A stretch of DNA of 64,000 nt from Orbicella franksi (GCA_964199315.1 OZ116699.1:29636001-29700000); one strand, 5' to 3'; positions 25,342 to 42,239 are shown, counted from the first letter of the stretch. Notes: a model not told the origin generated them from the sequence alone. Translations and numbers: made by a program.

Positions 25342-27509
25342 AATTCTGAGACTTTTTTCCTCAGTTGTCCTCAGTTAAAACTTGTCCACTTAAAGACTAT
25401 GAAATGAGTGGAGACTGATTGTCAGATAAAACAGTTGTAGTAATTAATTAGAAAGGTTCGTATTCTATAGTTTCTTTTTTCGCACAAAGTGTTAGCTGTA
25501 AATTTCCTGTTGATAACCAGTAAATAAGCAAACAACGGCTGTTTTATGCTTAAGACGTTAGAACGTTATCTGGACAGTAATTAATATCTCAGACCTTAAA
25601 ATCGTTTGGTACAACAATGGGACGTATAAAGTAAACGGCAAAACAATTTAAAAAAACATCAAAAATACTGGGTTCAAGATATTGGACACGATTTTCAATT
25701 ATTTTTTTCGTGAACATAATTTACTCAGTTCTATTTTGCTTTAAGAAGAGTCAACAAGACAACGTCACGTTTATTTAGTAAGTATTTATTGTAAATTTTA
25801 CGTTCTTATTTTTTTGTCTACTTAATTTCTATGTATGTAATTATTAGTACGAAGATATCCGCTAACTTAGCGCAGACTGAAATCACCTTTCTCTTTTTTG
25901 TTCTGCTAAACCGTCAGGCTTAGAATCATGTTTAGCAAAAGAAAAGAAATATTTGGTCATAGACAGCAATGATCTGTTAACGACTGTCTCATTTTTTTTT
26001 TTCAGTGTTGAATGGAACAACACCGTTTTCATTGCGAAAGCCTTACTACAAAGTTTATAAGCCGATAACGCGCAAGCTTGTTAAGTCCTTTGGGGGAGAG
26101 TAGGCCGCGTAAGAAACTACGACGGTGCTTTGTATGGCTTACGTTTAACTTACGAGCCTCGCAATAATTTAAAGTCATTCAGTGTGCCCATTACTGTCAG
26201 AGCTCGCTGAAAACTGAATATTAAGGCAGCGTAGAATTCGAAAACTAAAACCAAATCGGCCGTTTTGACTCACGTTTTCTACACTTCACAGAATCCGGTC
26301 ATTTCACGTTGTTGTTTGGCAAATGTACCAAGATTTATGAACCACTTGTAACCTACACAACGGTAGATTGTCTGTGGTAGGAACATGTTCCCCAACATGG
26401 AAGCAAGCTGGCGCAGTTGTCAAAGAAACAACAAAACAAAATCATTCATTTTACATAAAAACGTACTTTACAGTAAACCTTCCATTGTAATGAAAGGCTC
26501 TCAATCTCTCTTGAACGCGCTCTAATCTCCCTCTTTCCCTCCCTCCCTCTTTTTCTTTCTGCCCCCCTCCCCCAAACGTTGTCAGTCTTTGTGCCTCTTA
26601 TGTCACGCTTAGCGTTGTTTAAATAACTATGAATAATTTTGAACGAGCGATATACCTTCAATGATGTGGTTTGTAACGATGAGAACCCTTAAGAGATTTG
26701 AAGTCTGTCATCTGAATAAAATCTATGAATGTTTACAGAGCAAAGTTTTGAAAACCCTTATATTCTGTTTTATACTAGTGCAGAATCGTATGTCATCCGT
26801 TTAATAGGTGATATTTTAACATGTGAAAATCATATCATGGTAAAATCAGTGCTTTTATTAACTTTGTCAGACGTAATTTTTGAAATCGCACCGGTCAAAA
26901 ACGGACGCCGAGAACACTACCTGAACTGAAACTAAATAAAATTGGATTCCAGGCAGGATGTCACACCGATCATCGAAGGCCTGCCGAGAAGACTACCTGT
27001 TTTAAAATGGAATAAAATTGGATTCAACCTAGGACATCTATATAAGAAAGCCCAATCGTCAAAACACCCTAACTAGTGCTTCCAATTTTAAAAGCCAAAC
27101 CTTTGTCTCAGTAATTTGGACAATGTGTTAATACTAGCTGTTTGGCTGTGGAAGAAATGTTTTTTATATCGATCAAGAGTTTAATTAAAAATTGCACTAT
27201 CGCAACAAATTACTCTATGTAAAATTAGATTTTCGCTTGCTTATGTTAAATTTCCTTGAGGGACACCTTGCTTGCTATTGTCTATGAAGTTTCATTTTCA
27301 TTATCATAGGGTAAAAATGGATTTTCAATTAGAACAATACAATATTTCTAGTAGCGAAAGAGAGAATACTGTGGGATGTCTAAACTATTTAATTATTTAT
27401 GAAAACTTTTTTCATACACAAAATATTTTTTATTTTAATTTCAAAAGGAGAACCAGCTGCAGTAACAGATATTAGTGAATATTCTATTGAGAGTTGAATA
27501 AGGCCAAAG

Positions 27510-31540
<4,031 letters not shown>

Positions 31541-31772
31541 GTTAAGAGCTTTAAGACTGCTGAACAACGTTAGAGAAAGACCTGTGAGTGGAAACTCTAC
31601 GAACCTGTACGTGATTGACCAGCCCAGCCAACAGACATTCCTCTCTTAGTTAATCAGTCAAAAAAAAAAAGAAAAATAGTTAATGATTCTTAAAGTGATA
31701 GCTGTCATAAGTCAAACGTATCAGGAATCAGTTCAGAAAATAGTCCGTTGTTAACACTAAAATTAACTAAAA

Positions 31773-31965
31773 CAGTTGCATACGAGCCAAGTGGCCCGTC
31801 AGACCGGAGCTTATCCCGGTTTCTGGCTGTAGCATGAAGCGACTGGGAATATTTCTACTACCCTCTGGTTGGGATGCTAGTCCAGCGAAGTTTTACCCCC
31901 TTTAAATTCGCCTTTACCCATTTATAAACCAGGGTGGAGAGAGGCACTGTGAGAGTAAAGTGTGA
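31773..31965. mobile_element. SINE-like interspersed repeat fragment
   Basis: Shares gggatgctagtcca and gggtggagagaggcactgtgag with the copy at about 51650-51933. Confidence 0.6.
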
Positions 31966-32890
31966 AGACATGATTGATCATCGCAGTTAAATCTCATTGG
32001 TTCTGTGATTTGTTGCTTGTATTCGTTGATAGACACGACGGTGTGCACTGGGATTCAATGCTCTAAAGGAAGTCATTCTATATTTTTAGCTTGTAAATAC
32101 GTAAAGTTATATAGGTTTTGGGACTACAGCCCTTTATAGTGTCCAATAAAACAATTAGACGATTCGCCCTCTTTCTCTAGGAGCGATGTACTTTCTTTGA
32201 AATAGCGTCGCTGTCTATTTCATTTCAAAAAAATTTTAACGAAAACTGTAGCTGCTTGTTAACAGAGGCTTATGCAAAAATAAAACATTCATCCCATTAA
32301 TTAGTCGGCGTATAATAAAACCAAAATGTAAAAAAGGCTTTCCTCGACATAATGATGCTAAGCTTCATGTAGATATAAGCTTAATAAACGATATTTGTCA
32401 TGCAATGTTCATACAATCTTTTGGTGAATTTTTCATTTTTTTAAAGCTGCTACCTATGTTACATCTATTTCATTTCGGTTGCCTCCCATGCCAGTCCACC
32501 CATAAAATAGTTAGAATGGTGTAAAAAATGACAGATTATTAATTTTGTTAATATGTAGTGGCGCGTTGAAAGGAGTTTCGTTTAATCAGCCTTCAGCTTG
32601 TTTGCTTTTCTACAGACAATGATATATATTGTTCCAGTAGTTTTTATTGAATTCTACTGTTGTCCGTTCTAAGTTATATTAAATCTCGTCATAAAACGGT
32701 GCTATATCAATTTTATCTCTATTACTATTAACTGTCATGATACCCCAAAGCCTATAGAGGTATTGCAGTAAGTTTGTGCTCAAAGAAATAACTGTAGCAT
32801 TAAAAGCACACACGGTTTCCAATGTCACTGTTTTTTCCAAATTAATAAGTTCCCTTTCTGTTGTTTTAATTGTACTAAACTTCTTGAATT

Positions 32891-34009
32891 CTACACAGCT
32901 TGGGCACCGTGTTGTCTGGAGTCTATTTTCTGGATGGCCTTGCATCGAACTCTCTTACGCGCTTCCTCTTGCCCGATGACGAAGACTTCCTTAGTTTCGC
33001 GATGAAAGTACAACTTTTTTCTATTGCAACAACATTTGCACAGCTTGCTGAAAATAAATCGAAAGCCTACACGAAAATTATCGTTGAAAAACGAGTAAAT
33101 TGCAGGATTGAAGGCACTGTTAGCATATAGGAGAAAAATTGCTACGAACACATACGTACCGCTACAGATCATTTCGTTCGAGTAGTAAGAACAAAATACC
33201 CAACCAATCCAATAAGGAAGAAAGCAACAGTAAAACGCAACTACTATCATGGCAACCATTTTAAGAATACGTTTGCTTAGCCGCACGCTGTTGCGAGTTC
33301 TGAACGAAATTCGCATTCTGGGCGCTTTACCGGTACGCCACAGTCGAATAGCAATTGCAGCATACAAGGCAACTACAAGAAGCAATGTTAGTACAAGCAG
33401 TGATAAGAAAAACAAATACCAAATACGCCAGTTGTTGAAAAAATGTCGAGTTTTACAAAACAGGTTTCCGTTTTTCTCCAGCAAGTTGGCGTAGTAGAAC
33501 AAAGGCACGCAGTAGACAGCTGACGCCAGCCAAGCCATGATTATAATTTGGCGGGCTCTTATCACCGTGATTATCTTCCGGCGAGGATAAAACACCGCTA
33601 AAAAACGATCTATAGCCACCATGGCAAGATGAATGATTGAAACGTTCATGCAAAGCTTCTCGAAGTAGTTGGTGGTTTTGCACAAAAATATACCCAAGTG
33701 TCCTCCAATAATCCACTGACCATTGACGAAGATTCTTGTGATTCTCTCCGGTGTACTTCCCAGTGTAAGCAGTAGGTCACCGGCTGCCATACTGACAATG
33801 AGCATGCTGTTTACTGTGCGGAGTTTTCCATTGATGTTCAGTTTGAAAGCAGCTATGACCAAAGAATTGCCGATGATAGAAAACGCGACGATTACACCAT
33901 AAGCCATGCATTTGAAGCCTTTTTCAATCGCTGAATTATTCTCTGGGTAGAGACCGGGAGAACTTGGATCTCCACCGGTTTCATTACCCATGGAGTCTTC
34001 ACCCGACAT
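32891..34009 (-). CDS. Class A GPCR, neuropeptide-receptor-like orphan (372 aa), intronless
   Basis: Seven hydrophobic segments; GN in TM1, LAMVAIDRF (DRY-like), FLPY in TM6, NSAFNPAIY (NPxxY), Cys cluster after helix 8. First ATG at 34009. Confidence 0.92.
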   Translation of the reverse strand: MSGEDSMGNETGGDPSSPGLYPENNSAIEKGFKCMAYGVIVAFSIIGNSLVIAAFKLNINGKLRTVNSMLIVSMAAGDLLLTLGSTPERITRIFVNGQWIIGGHLGIFLCKTTNYFEKLCMNVSIIHLAMVAIDRFLAVFYPRRKIITVIRARQIIIMAWLASAVYCVPLFYYANLLEKNGNLFCKTRHFFNNWRIWYLFFLSLLVLTLLLVVALYAAIAIRLWRTGKAPRMRISFRTRNSVRLSKRILKMVAMIVVAFYCCFLPYWIGWVFCSYYSNEMICSGTYVFVAIFLLYANSAFNPAIYSFFNDNFRVGFRFIFSKLCKCCCNRKKLYFHRETKEVFVIGQEEARKRVRCKAIQKIDSRQHGAQAV

Positions 34010-35140
34010 CAATTCCCAACCGGAGCGGTCTACTTCTATTGATTTCTTCGCTGGACTTCACTTTCCTTTGGGTTCAAGGTTCCTGTTAATTCATTTATCC
34101 CCTCAGGGGGTCAGAGAAAAACAGCTAACAGTGAAATTTCCATTTTATCAACACAATGGTTTTTGTCAAACGCACCCGGTATCAGCATCTAGCTGAAAAT
34201 TGAATAATGTATTCTGTTTAGTCTTACCTCTATTCAAGGATAAGGATTACCTGCAAAATTTGAATTTTCGTTAATTATTTGTATAGACAGAAATTTTAGT
34301 ATTCTACCAAAACCAATAAAACATTTAATATTCGGCTTCAAATATGTAAACAGATAGATTTTCTTGGAAATGGTTTGGAAATTATAACCGTGGACAAAAG
34401 TTGTCATATGACGGGAAGCTACAGATCTACAGAATATATCATTCAATTTTTTCGCGTTCGCTTGGGGATCATGTTCTCAACAGCGCAAAAGAGGTTCAAC
34501 AACCAAGAGCATTGTTATCACTAAGTTTGAAAATTGACACCTTTCATTGCTATAAAGGACGGACAAGAGATATTCATTAGGCAATCATTATATTTGTGCA
34601 CATCACCTCTTCAAAGCAGTTAGCAATGATAATACATCATTTACGTTTTCTGTTTCAAGAATCTGGTGTTTTAGTTTTCAGAACGGCTGCAAAACTTCAT
34701 TTGCTTGTCATTCGACTCTAACAATAACAAAACATTAACATGGGCAGGTGGAACTATAAAGCAAGCGACTTTCCTCCTTATGGCAACTAGAATTAAGCGG
34801 ACAATTTTCCTCCTTGTTGCAAGCTCTGAACGGATGTTTTCGTCAAGGCAAAAGGCTTGAGAGTATGTAGTTTTCCTCAAATTTCAATGTTTGTCCTGTT
34901 TTATACCGAACGGAAGACACTTCTAATTAAGGCACTGAAAGCTCTCATATTGCGAGTGTCAAATTTATACCTACAGATTGACATTTTGACGTATTAACTT
35001 GAAGAAAGAAATGTTGCAGAAAGACAGGAGAAAAGTTCTAAAAATGAAACATAAAATTATCAGCATGTTGCCTTTTATGAATAATCAAAGATTTCTGGAT
35101 TTCTGGATTTCCTCATTTTTAATAGGCCAATAGGAACATC

Positions 35141-38100
35141 GGGGAATTGGAGAATTGAAGAATTGGAGAATTGGAGAATTGGAGAATTGGAGAATCGGGG
35201 AATGGGCAAATCGGGGAATCAAGGAATCGGGGAATCGGAGAATCGGGGAATCGGGGAATCGGGGAATCGGGGAATCGTGGAATCGGGGAATCGGGGAATC
35301 GGAGAATCGGGGAATCGGAGAATCGGGGAATCGGAGAATCGGGGAATCGGAGAATCGGGGAATCGGAGAATCGGGGAATCGGCGAATCGGGGAATCGGAG
35401 AATCGGCGAATCGGGGAATCGGGGAATCGGGGAATCGGGGAATCGGGGAATCGGGGAATCGGGAAATCGGGGAATCGGCGAATCGGGGAATCGAGGAATC
35501 GGGGAATCGGCGAATCGGGGAATCGGAAAATCGGGGAATCGGGGAATCGGGGAATCGGGGAATCGGGGAATCGGGGAATCGGGGAATCGGAGAATCGGAG
35601 AATCGGAGAATCGGGGAATCGGGGAATCGGGGAATCGGAGAATCGGGGAATCGGCGAATCGAGAAATCGGAAAATCGGGGAATCGGGGAATCGGGGAATC
35701 GGGGAATCGGGGAATCGGAGAATCGGGGAATCGGGGAATCGGCGAATCGGGAAATCGGAAAATCGGGGAATCGGGGAATCGGGGAATCGGGGAATCGGAG
35801 AATCGGGGAATCGGAAAATCGGGGAATCGGAGAATCGGGGAATCGGGGAATCGGAGAATCGGGGAATCGGCGAATCGGGGAATCGGCGAATCGGGGAATC
35901 GGAGAATCGGCGAATCGGCGAATCGGGGAATCGGGGAATCGGGGAATCGGGAAATCGGCGAATCGGGGAATCGGGGAATCGGAGAATCGGAGAATCGGAG
36001 AATCGGGGAATCGGGGAATCGGCGAATCGGGGATTCGGCGAATCGGGGAATCGGGAAATCGGAAAATCGAGGAATCGGGGAATCGGGGAATCGGCGAATC
36101 GGGGAATCGGGGAATCGGGGAATCGGGGAATTGGGGAATCGGGGAATCGGGGAATCGGGGAATCGGGGAATCGGGGAATCGGGGAATCGGGGAATCGGGG
36201 AATCGGGGAATCGGAGAATCGGGGAATCGGCGAATCGGGGAATCGGAGAATCGGCGAATCGGCGAATCGGGGAATCGGGGAATCGGGGAATCGGGAAATC
36301 GGGAAATCGGGAAATCGGCGAATCGGGGAATCGAGGAATCGGGGAATCGGCGAATCGGGGAATCGGAAAATCGGGGAATCGGGGAATCGGGGAATCGGAG
36401 AATCGGAGAATCGGAGAATCGGGGAATCGGGGAATCGGCGAATCGGGGAATCGGGGAATCGGGAAATCGGAAAATCGGGGAATCGGGGAATCGGGGAATC
36501 GGGGAATCGGGGAATCGGAGAATCGGGGAATCGGGGAATCGGGGAATCGGGGAATCGGGGAATCGGAGAATCGGGGAATCGGAGAATCGGAGAATCGGGG
36601 AATCGGCGAATCGGGAAATCGGAAAATCGGGGAATCGGCGAATCGGGGAATCGGGGAATCGGAGAATCGGGGAATCGGGGAATCGGCGAATCGGGAAATC
36701 GGAAAATCGGGGAATCGGGGAATCGGGGAATCGGGGAATCGGGGAATCGGGGAATCGGAGAATCGGGGAATCGGAAAATCGGGGAATCGGAGAATCGGGG
36801 AATCGGGGAATCGGAGAATCGGGGAATCGGAGAATCGGGGAATCGGCGAATCGGGGAATCGGAGAATCGGAGAATCGGGGAATCGGCGAATCGGGGAATC
36901 GGAGAATCGGCGAATCGGCGAATCGGGGAATCGGGGAATCGGGGAATCGGGGAATCGGGGAATCGGGGAATCGGAGAATCGGGGAATCGGCGAATCGGGG
37001 AATCGGAGAATCGGCGAATCGGCGAATCGGGGAATCGGGGAATCGGGGAATCGGGAAATCGGGAAATCGGGAAATCGGCGAATCGGGGAATCGAGGAATC
37101 GGGGAATCGGCGAATCGGGGAATCGGAAAATCGGGGAATCGGGGAATCGGGGAATCGGAGAATCGGAGAATCGGAGAATCGGGGAATCGGGGAATCGGCG
37201 AATCGGGGAATCGGGGAATCGGGAAATCGGAAAATCGGGGAATCGGGGAATCGGGGAATCGGGGAATCGGAGAATCGGGGAATCGGAGAATCGGAGAATC
37301 GGGGAATCGGCGAATCGGGAAATCGGAAAATCGGGGAATCGGAGAATCGGGGAATCGGGGAATCGGAGAATCGGGGAATCGGGGAATCGGCGAATCGGGA
37401 AATCGGAAAATCGGGGAATCGGGGAATCGGGGAATCGGGGAATCGGGGAATCGGAGAATCGGAAAATCGGGGAATCCGAGAATCGGGGAATCGGGGAATC
37501 GGAGAATCGGGGAATCGGAGAATCGGGGAATCGGCGAATCGGGGAATCGGAGAATCGGCGAATCGGCGAATCGGGGAATCGGGGAATCGGGGAATCGGGG
37601 AATCGGGAAATCGGCGAATCGGCGAATCGAGGAATCGGGGAATCGGCGAATCGGGGAATCGGAAAATCGGGGAATCGGAGAATCGGGGAATCGGGGAATC
37701 GGAGAATCGGAGAATCGGAGAATCGGGGAATCGGGGAATCGGCGAATCGGGGAATCGGCGAATCGGGGAATCGGGAAATCGGAAAATCGAGGAATCGGGG
37801 AATCGGCGAATCGGGGAATCGGGGAATCGGGGAATCGGGGAATCGGGGAATCGGGGAATCGGGGAATCGGGGAATCGGGGAATCGGGGAATCGGGGAATC
37901 GGAGAATCGGGGAATCGGAGAATCGGGGAATCGGAGAATCGGGGAATCGGGGAATCGGGGAATCGGAGAATCGGCGAATCGGCGAATCGGGGAATCGGGG
38001 AATCGGGGAATCGGGAAATCGGGAAATCGGGAAATCGGCGAATCGGGGAATCGAGGAATCGGGGAATCGGCGAATCGGGGAATCGGAAAATCGGGGAATC

Positions 38101-39414
38101 GGGGAATCGGGGAATCGGAGAATCGGAGAATCGGAGAATCGGGGAATCGGGGAATCGGCGAATCGGGGAATCGGGAAATCGGGAAATCGGAAAATCGGGG
38201 AATCGGGGAATCGGGGAATCGGGGAATCGGGGAATCGGGGAATCGGGGAATCGGGGAATCGGGGAATCGGGGAATCGGGGAATCGGGGAATCGGGGAATC
38301 GGGGAATCGGGGAATCGGGGAATCGGGGAATCGGGGAATCGGGGAATCGGAGAATCGGGGAATCGGAGAATCGGGGAATCGGCGAATCGGGGAATCGGAG
38401 AATCGGCGAATCGGCGAATCGGGGAATCGGGGAATCGGGGAATCGGGAAATCGGGAAATCGGGAAATCGGCGAATCGGGGAATCGAGGAATCGGGGAATC
38501 GGCGAATCGGGGAATCGGAAAATCGGGGAATCGGGGAATCGGAGAATCGGAGAATCGGAGAATCGGGGAATCGGGGAATCGGCGAATCGGCGAATCGGGG
38601 AATCGGGGAATCGGGAAATCGGAAAATCGGGGAATCGGGGAATCGGGGAATCGGGGAATCGGGGAATCGGGGAATCGGGGAATCGGAGAATCGGGGAATC
38701 GGGGAATCGGGGAATCGGGGAATCGGAGAATCGGAGAATCGGGGAATCGGGGAATCGGCGAATCGGGGAATCGGGGAATCGGGAAATCGGAAAATCGGGG
38801 AATCGGGGAATCGGGGAATCGGGGAATCGGGGAATCGGGGAATCGGGGAATCGGAGAATCCGGGAATCGGAGAATCGGGGAATCGGAGAATCGGGGAATC
38901 GGCGAATCGGGGAATCGGAGAATCGGCGAATCGGCGAATCGGGGAATCGGGGAATCGGGGAATCGGGAAATCGGCGAATCGGGGAATCGAGGAATCGGGG
39001 AATCGGCGAATCGGGGAATCGGAAAATCGGGGAATCGGGGAATCGGGGAATCGGAGAATCGGAGAATCGGAGAATCGGGGAATCGGGGAATCGGCGAATC
39101 GGGGAATCGGCGAATCGGGAAATCGGAAAATCGGGGAATCGGGGAATCGGGGAATCGGGGAATCGGGGATCGGGGAATCGGGGAATCGGGGAATCGGGGA
39201 ATCGGAGAATCGGGGAATTGGCGAATCGGCGAATCGGAAAATCGGGGAATCGGAAAATTGGGGAATCGGAAAATCGGGCAATCGGGCAATCGGGCAATCG
39301 GGCAATCGGGCAATCGGGCAATCGGGCAATCGGGGAAATCGGGGGAAATCGGGGAATTGGGGAATCGGGCAATCGGGCAATCGGGCAATCGGGCAATCGG
39401 GCAATCGGGCAATC
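35141..39414. repeat. 8-bp satellite (GGGGAATC)n with variants, about 530 units
   Basis: Units GGGGAATC, GGAGAATC, GGCGAATC, GGGAAATC, GGAAAATC and GAGGAATC; GGAGAATT at the left edge and GGGCAATC at the right edge. Confidence 0.98.
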
Positions 39415-40195
39415 GGAATCTCTAAAAGAGGTAATCTTTAAAACCGGGGAATCTCTAAAAGAAGGAATCCTTAAAAGGGGGAATCTTTAAAATTGGGAAG
39501 CTCTAAAATGGGGAATCTCTGAAAGGGGAAATCTCTAAAAGGGGGAATCTCTAAAACGGGGGAATCTCTAACTTTTTTACACTCCTCAGGTTTTACTCAC
39601 TCCTCATCACTCGTCTTTCTCACCTTTATTACGGAAGTTTTTCTCGACGGAAGTTAAGATTTATGCAACTACAAATTGATAAAGTAGAGACTGTAACAGA
39701 TGGTGAAACGGAAAATTCCTCAACTGCAAATTGTGCACTGTACGGCGAGATGTTAAGTTTGAAAGCTTTTCTTTCGGTTCTAATTTTTGTGATTTTTGCG
39801 GTTTTTCCACGATCTGCAAAAACTAGTTCCTGCAAAATAAATATCCCGCGGAAATCAGATCTAGCAAAACTTTACTCCACAGGCGAAGTGATACATACAG
39901 ACATCACGAGGAGAATCTTGCTGTTGTAATTTATTTCGTTCTTTCGTTCAGAAACTAAATGATGAAATGAGATTCCCCCTTTTAGAGACTCCCCATTTTA
40001 GAGATTCCCCGTTTTAGAGATTCCCCTTTTAGAGAATCCCCGTTTTAGAGAATCCCCGTTTTAGAGATTCCCCCTTTTAGAGATTCCCCGCTTTAGAGAT
40101 TCCCGGTTGTAGAGATTTCTCCTTTCAGAGATTTGCCCGTTGCCCGTTCCATTCTCCGATTCCCCATTCTTCGTTTTAGAGAAAGCCATTTTTAA
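39415..40195. mobile_element. Foldback-type non-autonomous element with inverted arrays of a ~16-bp subterminal repeat
   Basis: (ggggaatctctaaaa)-like array at 39415-39571 and the inverted (ttttagagattcccc)-like array at 39966-40130 flank a ~400-bp core with no transposase. Confidence 0.8.
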
Positions 40196-40196
40196 C

Positions 40197-40571
40197 AGGC
40201 GCCGTCCATACTTCGCCGGAGGAATTTGAAAACGAAGTTCCACTCTGAAAATGCATCAAATGTTTTCCGTCCACATTATGCTGGAGGAATTTAAAAATGC
40301 AACAATCAACGGACATTTTGGATTTGTGTTCGAGGAAAACTCGGTCAAGGAGATCGCATGGTTATCGGGAAACCATCGTTTCTGAAAAACTTTGTTTTCA
40401 ACATGTTTTCTGTCGACAAAATAACAAAAAGGCGGCGTTTTTAAAATCCTCCGGTTTGAAGAGCGTTTTCGAAAAGCTCCGTTTTCGTGACGGATTAATA
40501 TGGACGGAAAGCCAAACCGTGGAAATAAAGCTGCGTTTGAAAATTTCTCCTGCGTAGTCTGGACGCTGCCT
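40197..40571. mobile_element. MITE with ~30-bp imperfect TIRs (PIF/Harbinger-like termini)
   Basis: aggcgccgtccatacttcgccggaggaattt versus aaatttctcctgcgtagtctggacgctgcct, followed by taa. Confidence 0.65.
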
Positions 40572-40708
40572 TAATCACATGTATGTCATGTGACGTTTGC
40601 TGTCCTACACCCTAAATGCCTTGCAAGAAAGAAAGGTATTCACTATTCTGGAGTTACAAAATTGATGCTTTAACGTTATATTCCTTTGTGAAGCAATGTT
40701 CTTCCTGC

Positions 40709-40832
40709 CCTGAGTGCCAGAGGTTTTTCTTCCGCGGTTTCCGGTGTCGGTCATGTCTCTACTGTGACCTGCCGAAGCGAAGCGAAATATTTCCGTCCGC
40801 CGCGCGCGAAAAAAAACCTCTTGTACCCAGGA
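40709..40832. mobile_element. Short inverted-repeat element
   Basis: cctgagtgccagaggtttttc versus aaaaacctcttgtacccagg. Confidence 0.5.
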
Positions 40833-41270
40833 TATGTTCTATTTGCGGGCGATACAAATTTGTCGTCGTCTGTTGATTGCCATACACAATATTTGAATAA
40901 AAAAAATCGTCGTGTCACAACGCATGGAAGACAAACACTCAAATCGAATCATCATGAATTTTCTTTATTTCAAGGTTTTACCATTATTTTCATCATTTCA
41001 ATATTTACCGTTAAAATATCTTAAAGTTTGAGTATATATCCAGCTCTTCTAGTTCAGCGTCTCACTCCTAATATTGCAGATGTACTTGATGTGGATTTGG
41101 CGCCGAAAGGAAATTTTCGTCAGTTTTCTTTGCCATTGTTCTTACACGTCCGCACACGGTTGATTTCTTGAGTTACCGGTAATCAGCTTAAGATTTTTGC
41201 ATCGTTTTTCGCTAGATTTTTTGCTATTCAAGCCTTTTGGAGTGGCATCGTAAGTTTCCAACAAAACGGA

Positions 41271-42239
41271 CTAATTACTAGTAGCAGAGCAACTGCAAAA
41301 CTTGTTTAAAATGTAACTAAAGCTATCCCTAAAATTCTCATTAAAGAAAGAATAAATGGCGGGATTGACCGCACTGTTAGCGTACAGGAGAAAAATTGCA
41401 ACGAACACGTAAGTCTTGTTACAGATAACGTCGCTATGATAATACGAGCAAAATACCCAACTAATCGAATAAGGAAGAAAGCAACAGTAAAATGCGAACA
41501 CTATCATGGCGACCATTTTAAGGACTCGGCTGTTTAACCTCGCTCGCGTCTTGCGTGCTCTACCTCGCCAAAGTCGAATGGTTATCGCAGCGTACAAGGC
41601 GACTACAAGAAGCAATGTTAGTACAAGCAGTGACAAGAACAGCAAATACCAAATACGCCAGTTGGTGAAAAAACGCCGCGTTTTACAGAGCAGTTTTCCA
41701 TTTTCCTCCAGCAAGTTGGCGTAGTAAAACAAAGGCACGCAGTAGGCAGCTGACGCCAGCCAAGCCATGATTATAATTTGGCGAGCCCTTATCACCGTGA
41801 TAATCTTCCGATGAGGATAAAACACAACTAAAAACCGATCTATAGCCACCATGGCAAGATGAATGATTGAAGCGTTCATGCAAAGCTTCTCGAGGTAGTT
41901 GGTGGTTTTGCACAAAAATATCCCCAAGTTTCCTTTAATTATCCACTGTTCACTGACCAAGATTCGGGTGATTCTCTCCGGTGCACTTCCCAGTGTAAGC
42001 AGTAGGTCCCCGGCTGCCATACTCACAATGAACATACTGTTGACTGTGCGAAGTTTACTGTTGATGTTCAGTTTGAATGCAGCTATGACCAAAGAATTGC
42101 CGATGATGGAAAACGCGACGACGATGCCGTAAGCGGCGCATTTGAAGCCTTGTGCAATAGGTGAATGATCCAAGAAGGGACTTTCAGCTGTTGCGTTTTC
42201 TCCAGAAGAAGCATTTCCAACGAAGTCTTTTCCAGTCAT
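41271..42239 (-). CDS. Class A GPCR, close paralogue of the 32891-34009 receptor (322 aa), intronless
   Basis: Near-identical TM1-TM5 (e.g. LCKTTNY(L/F)EKLCMN, AIDRF) and NSAVNPAIY; shorter ICL3 and C-tail. First ATG at 42239. Confidence 0.92.
   Translation of the reverse strand: MTGKDFVGNASSGENATAESPFLDHSPIAQGFKCAAYGIVVAFSIIGNSLVIAAFKLNINSKLRTVNSMFIVSMAAGDLLLTLGSAPERITRILVSEQWIIKGNLGIFLCKTTNYLEKLCMNASIIHLAMVAIDRFLVVFYPHRKIITVIRARQIIIMAWLASAAYCVPLFYYANLLEENGKLLCKTRRFFTNWRIWYLLFLSLLVLTLLLVVALYAAITIRLWRGRARKTRARLNSRVLKMVAMIVFAFYCCFLPYSISWVFCSYYHSDVICNKTYVFVAIFLLYANSAVNPAIYSFFNENFRDSFSYILNKFCSCSATSN

Noticed and set aside
35141-39414. CRISPR-like or telomeric array
   Set aside because: No unique spacers and no cas genes; the unit is not TTAGGG and the array is interstitial.
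35085-39490. Six ORFs of about 1400 aa (RFPDSPIP / GIGESGNR repeats) on both strands
   Set aside because: By-product of an 8-mer repeat that has no stop codon in any frame; no unique coding flanks or splice context.
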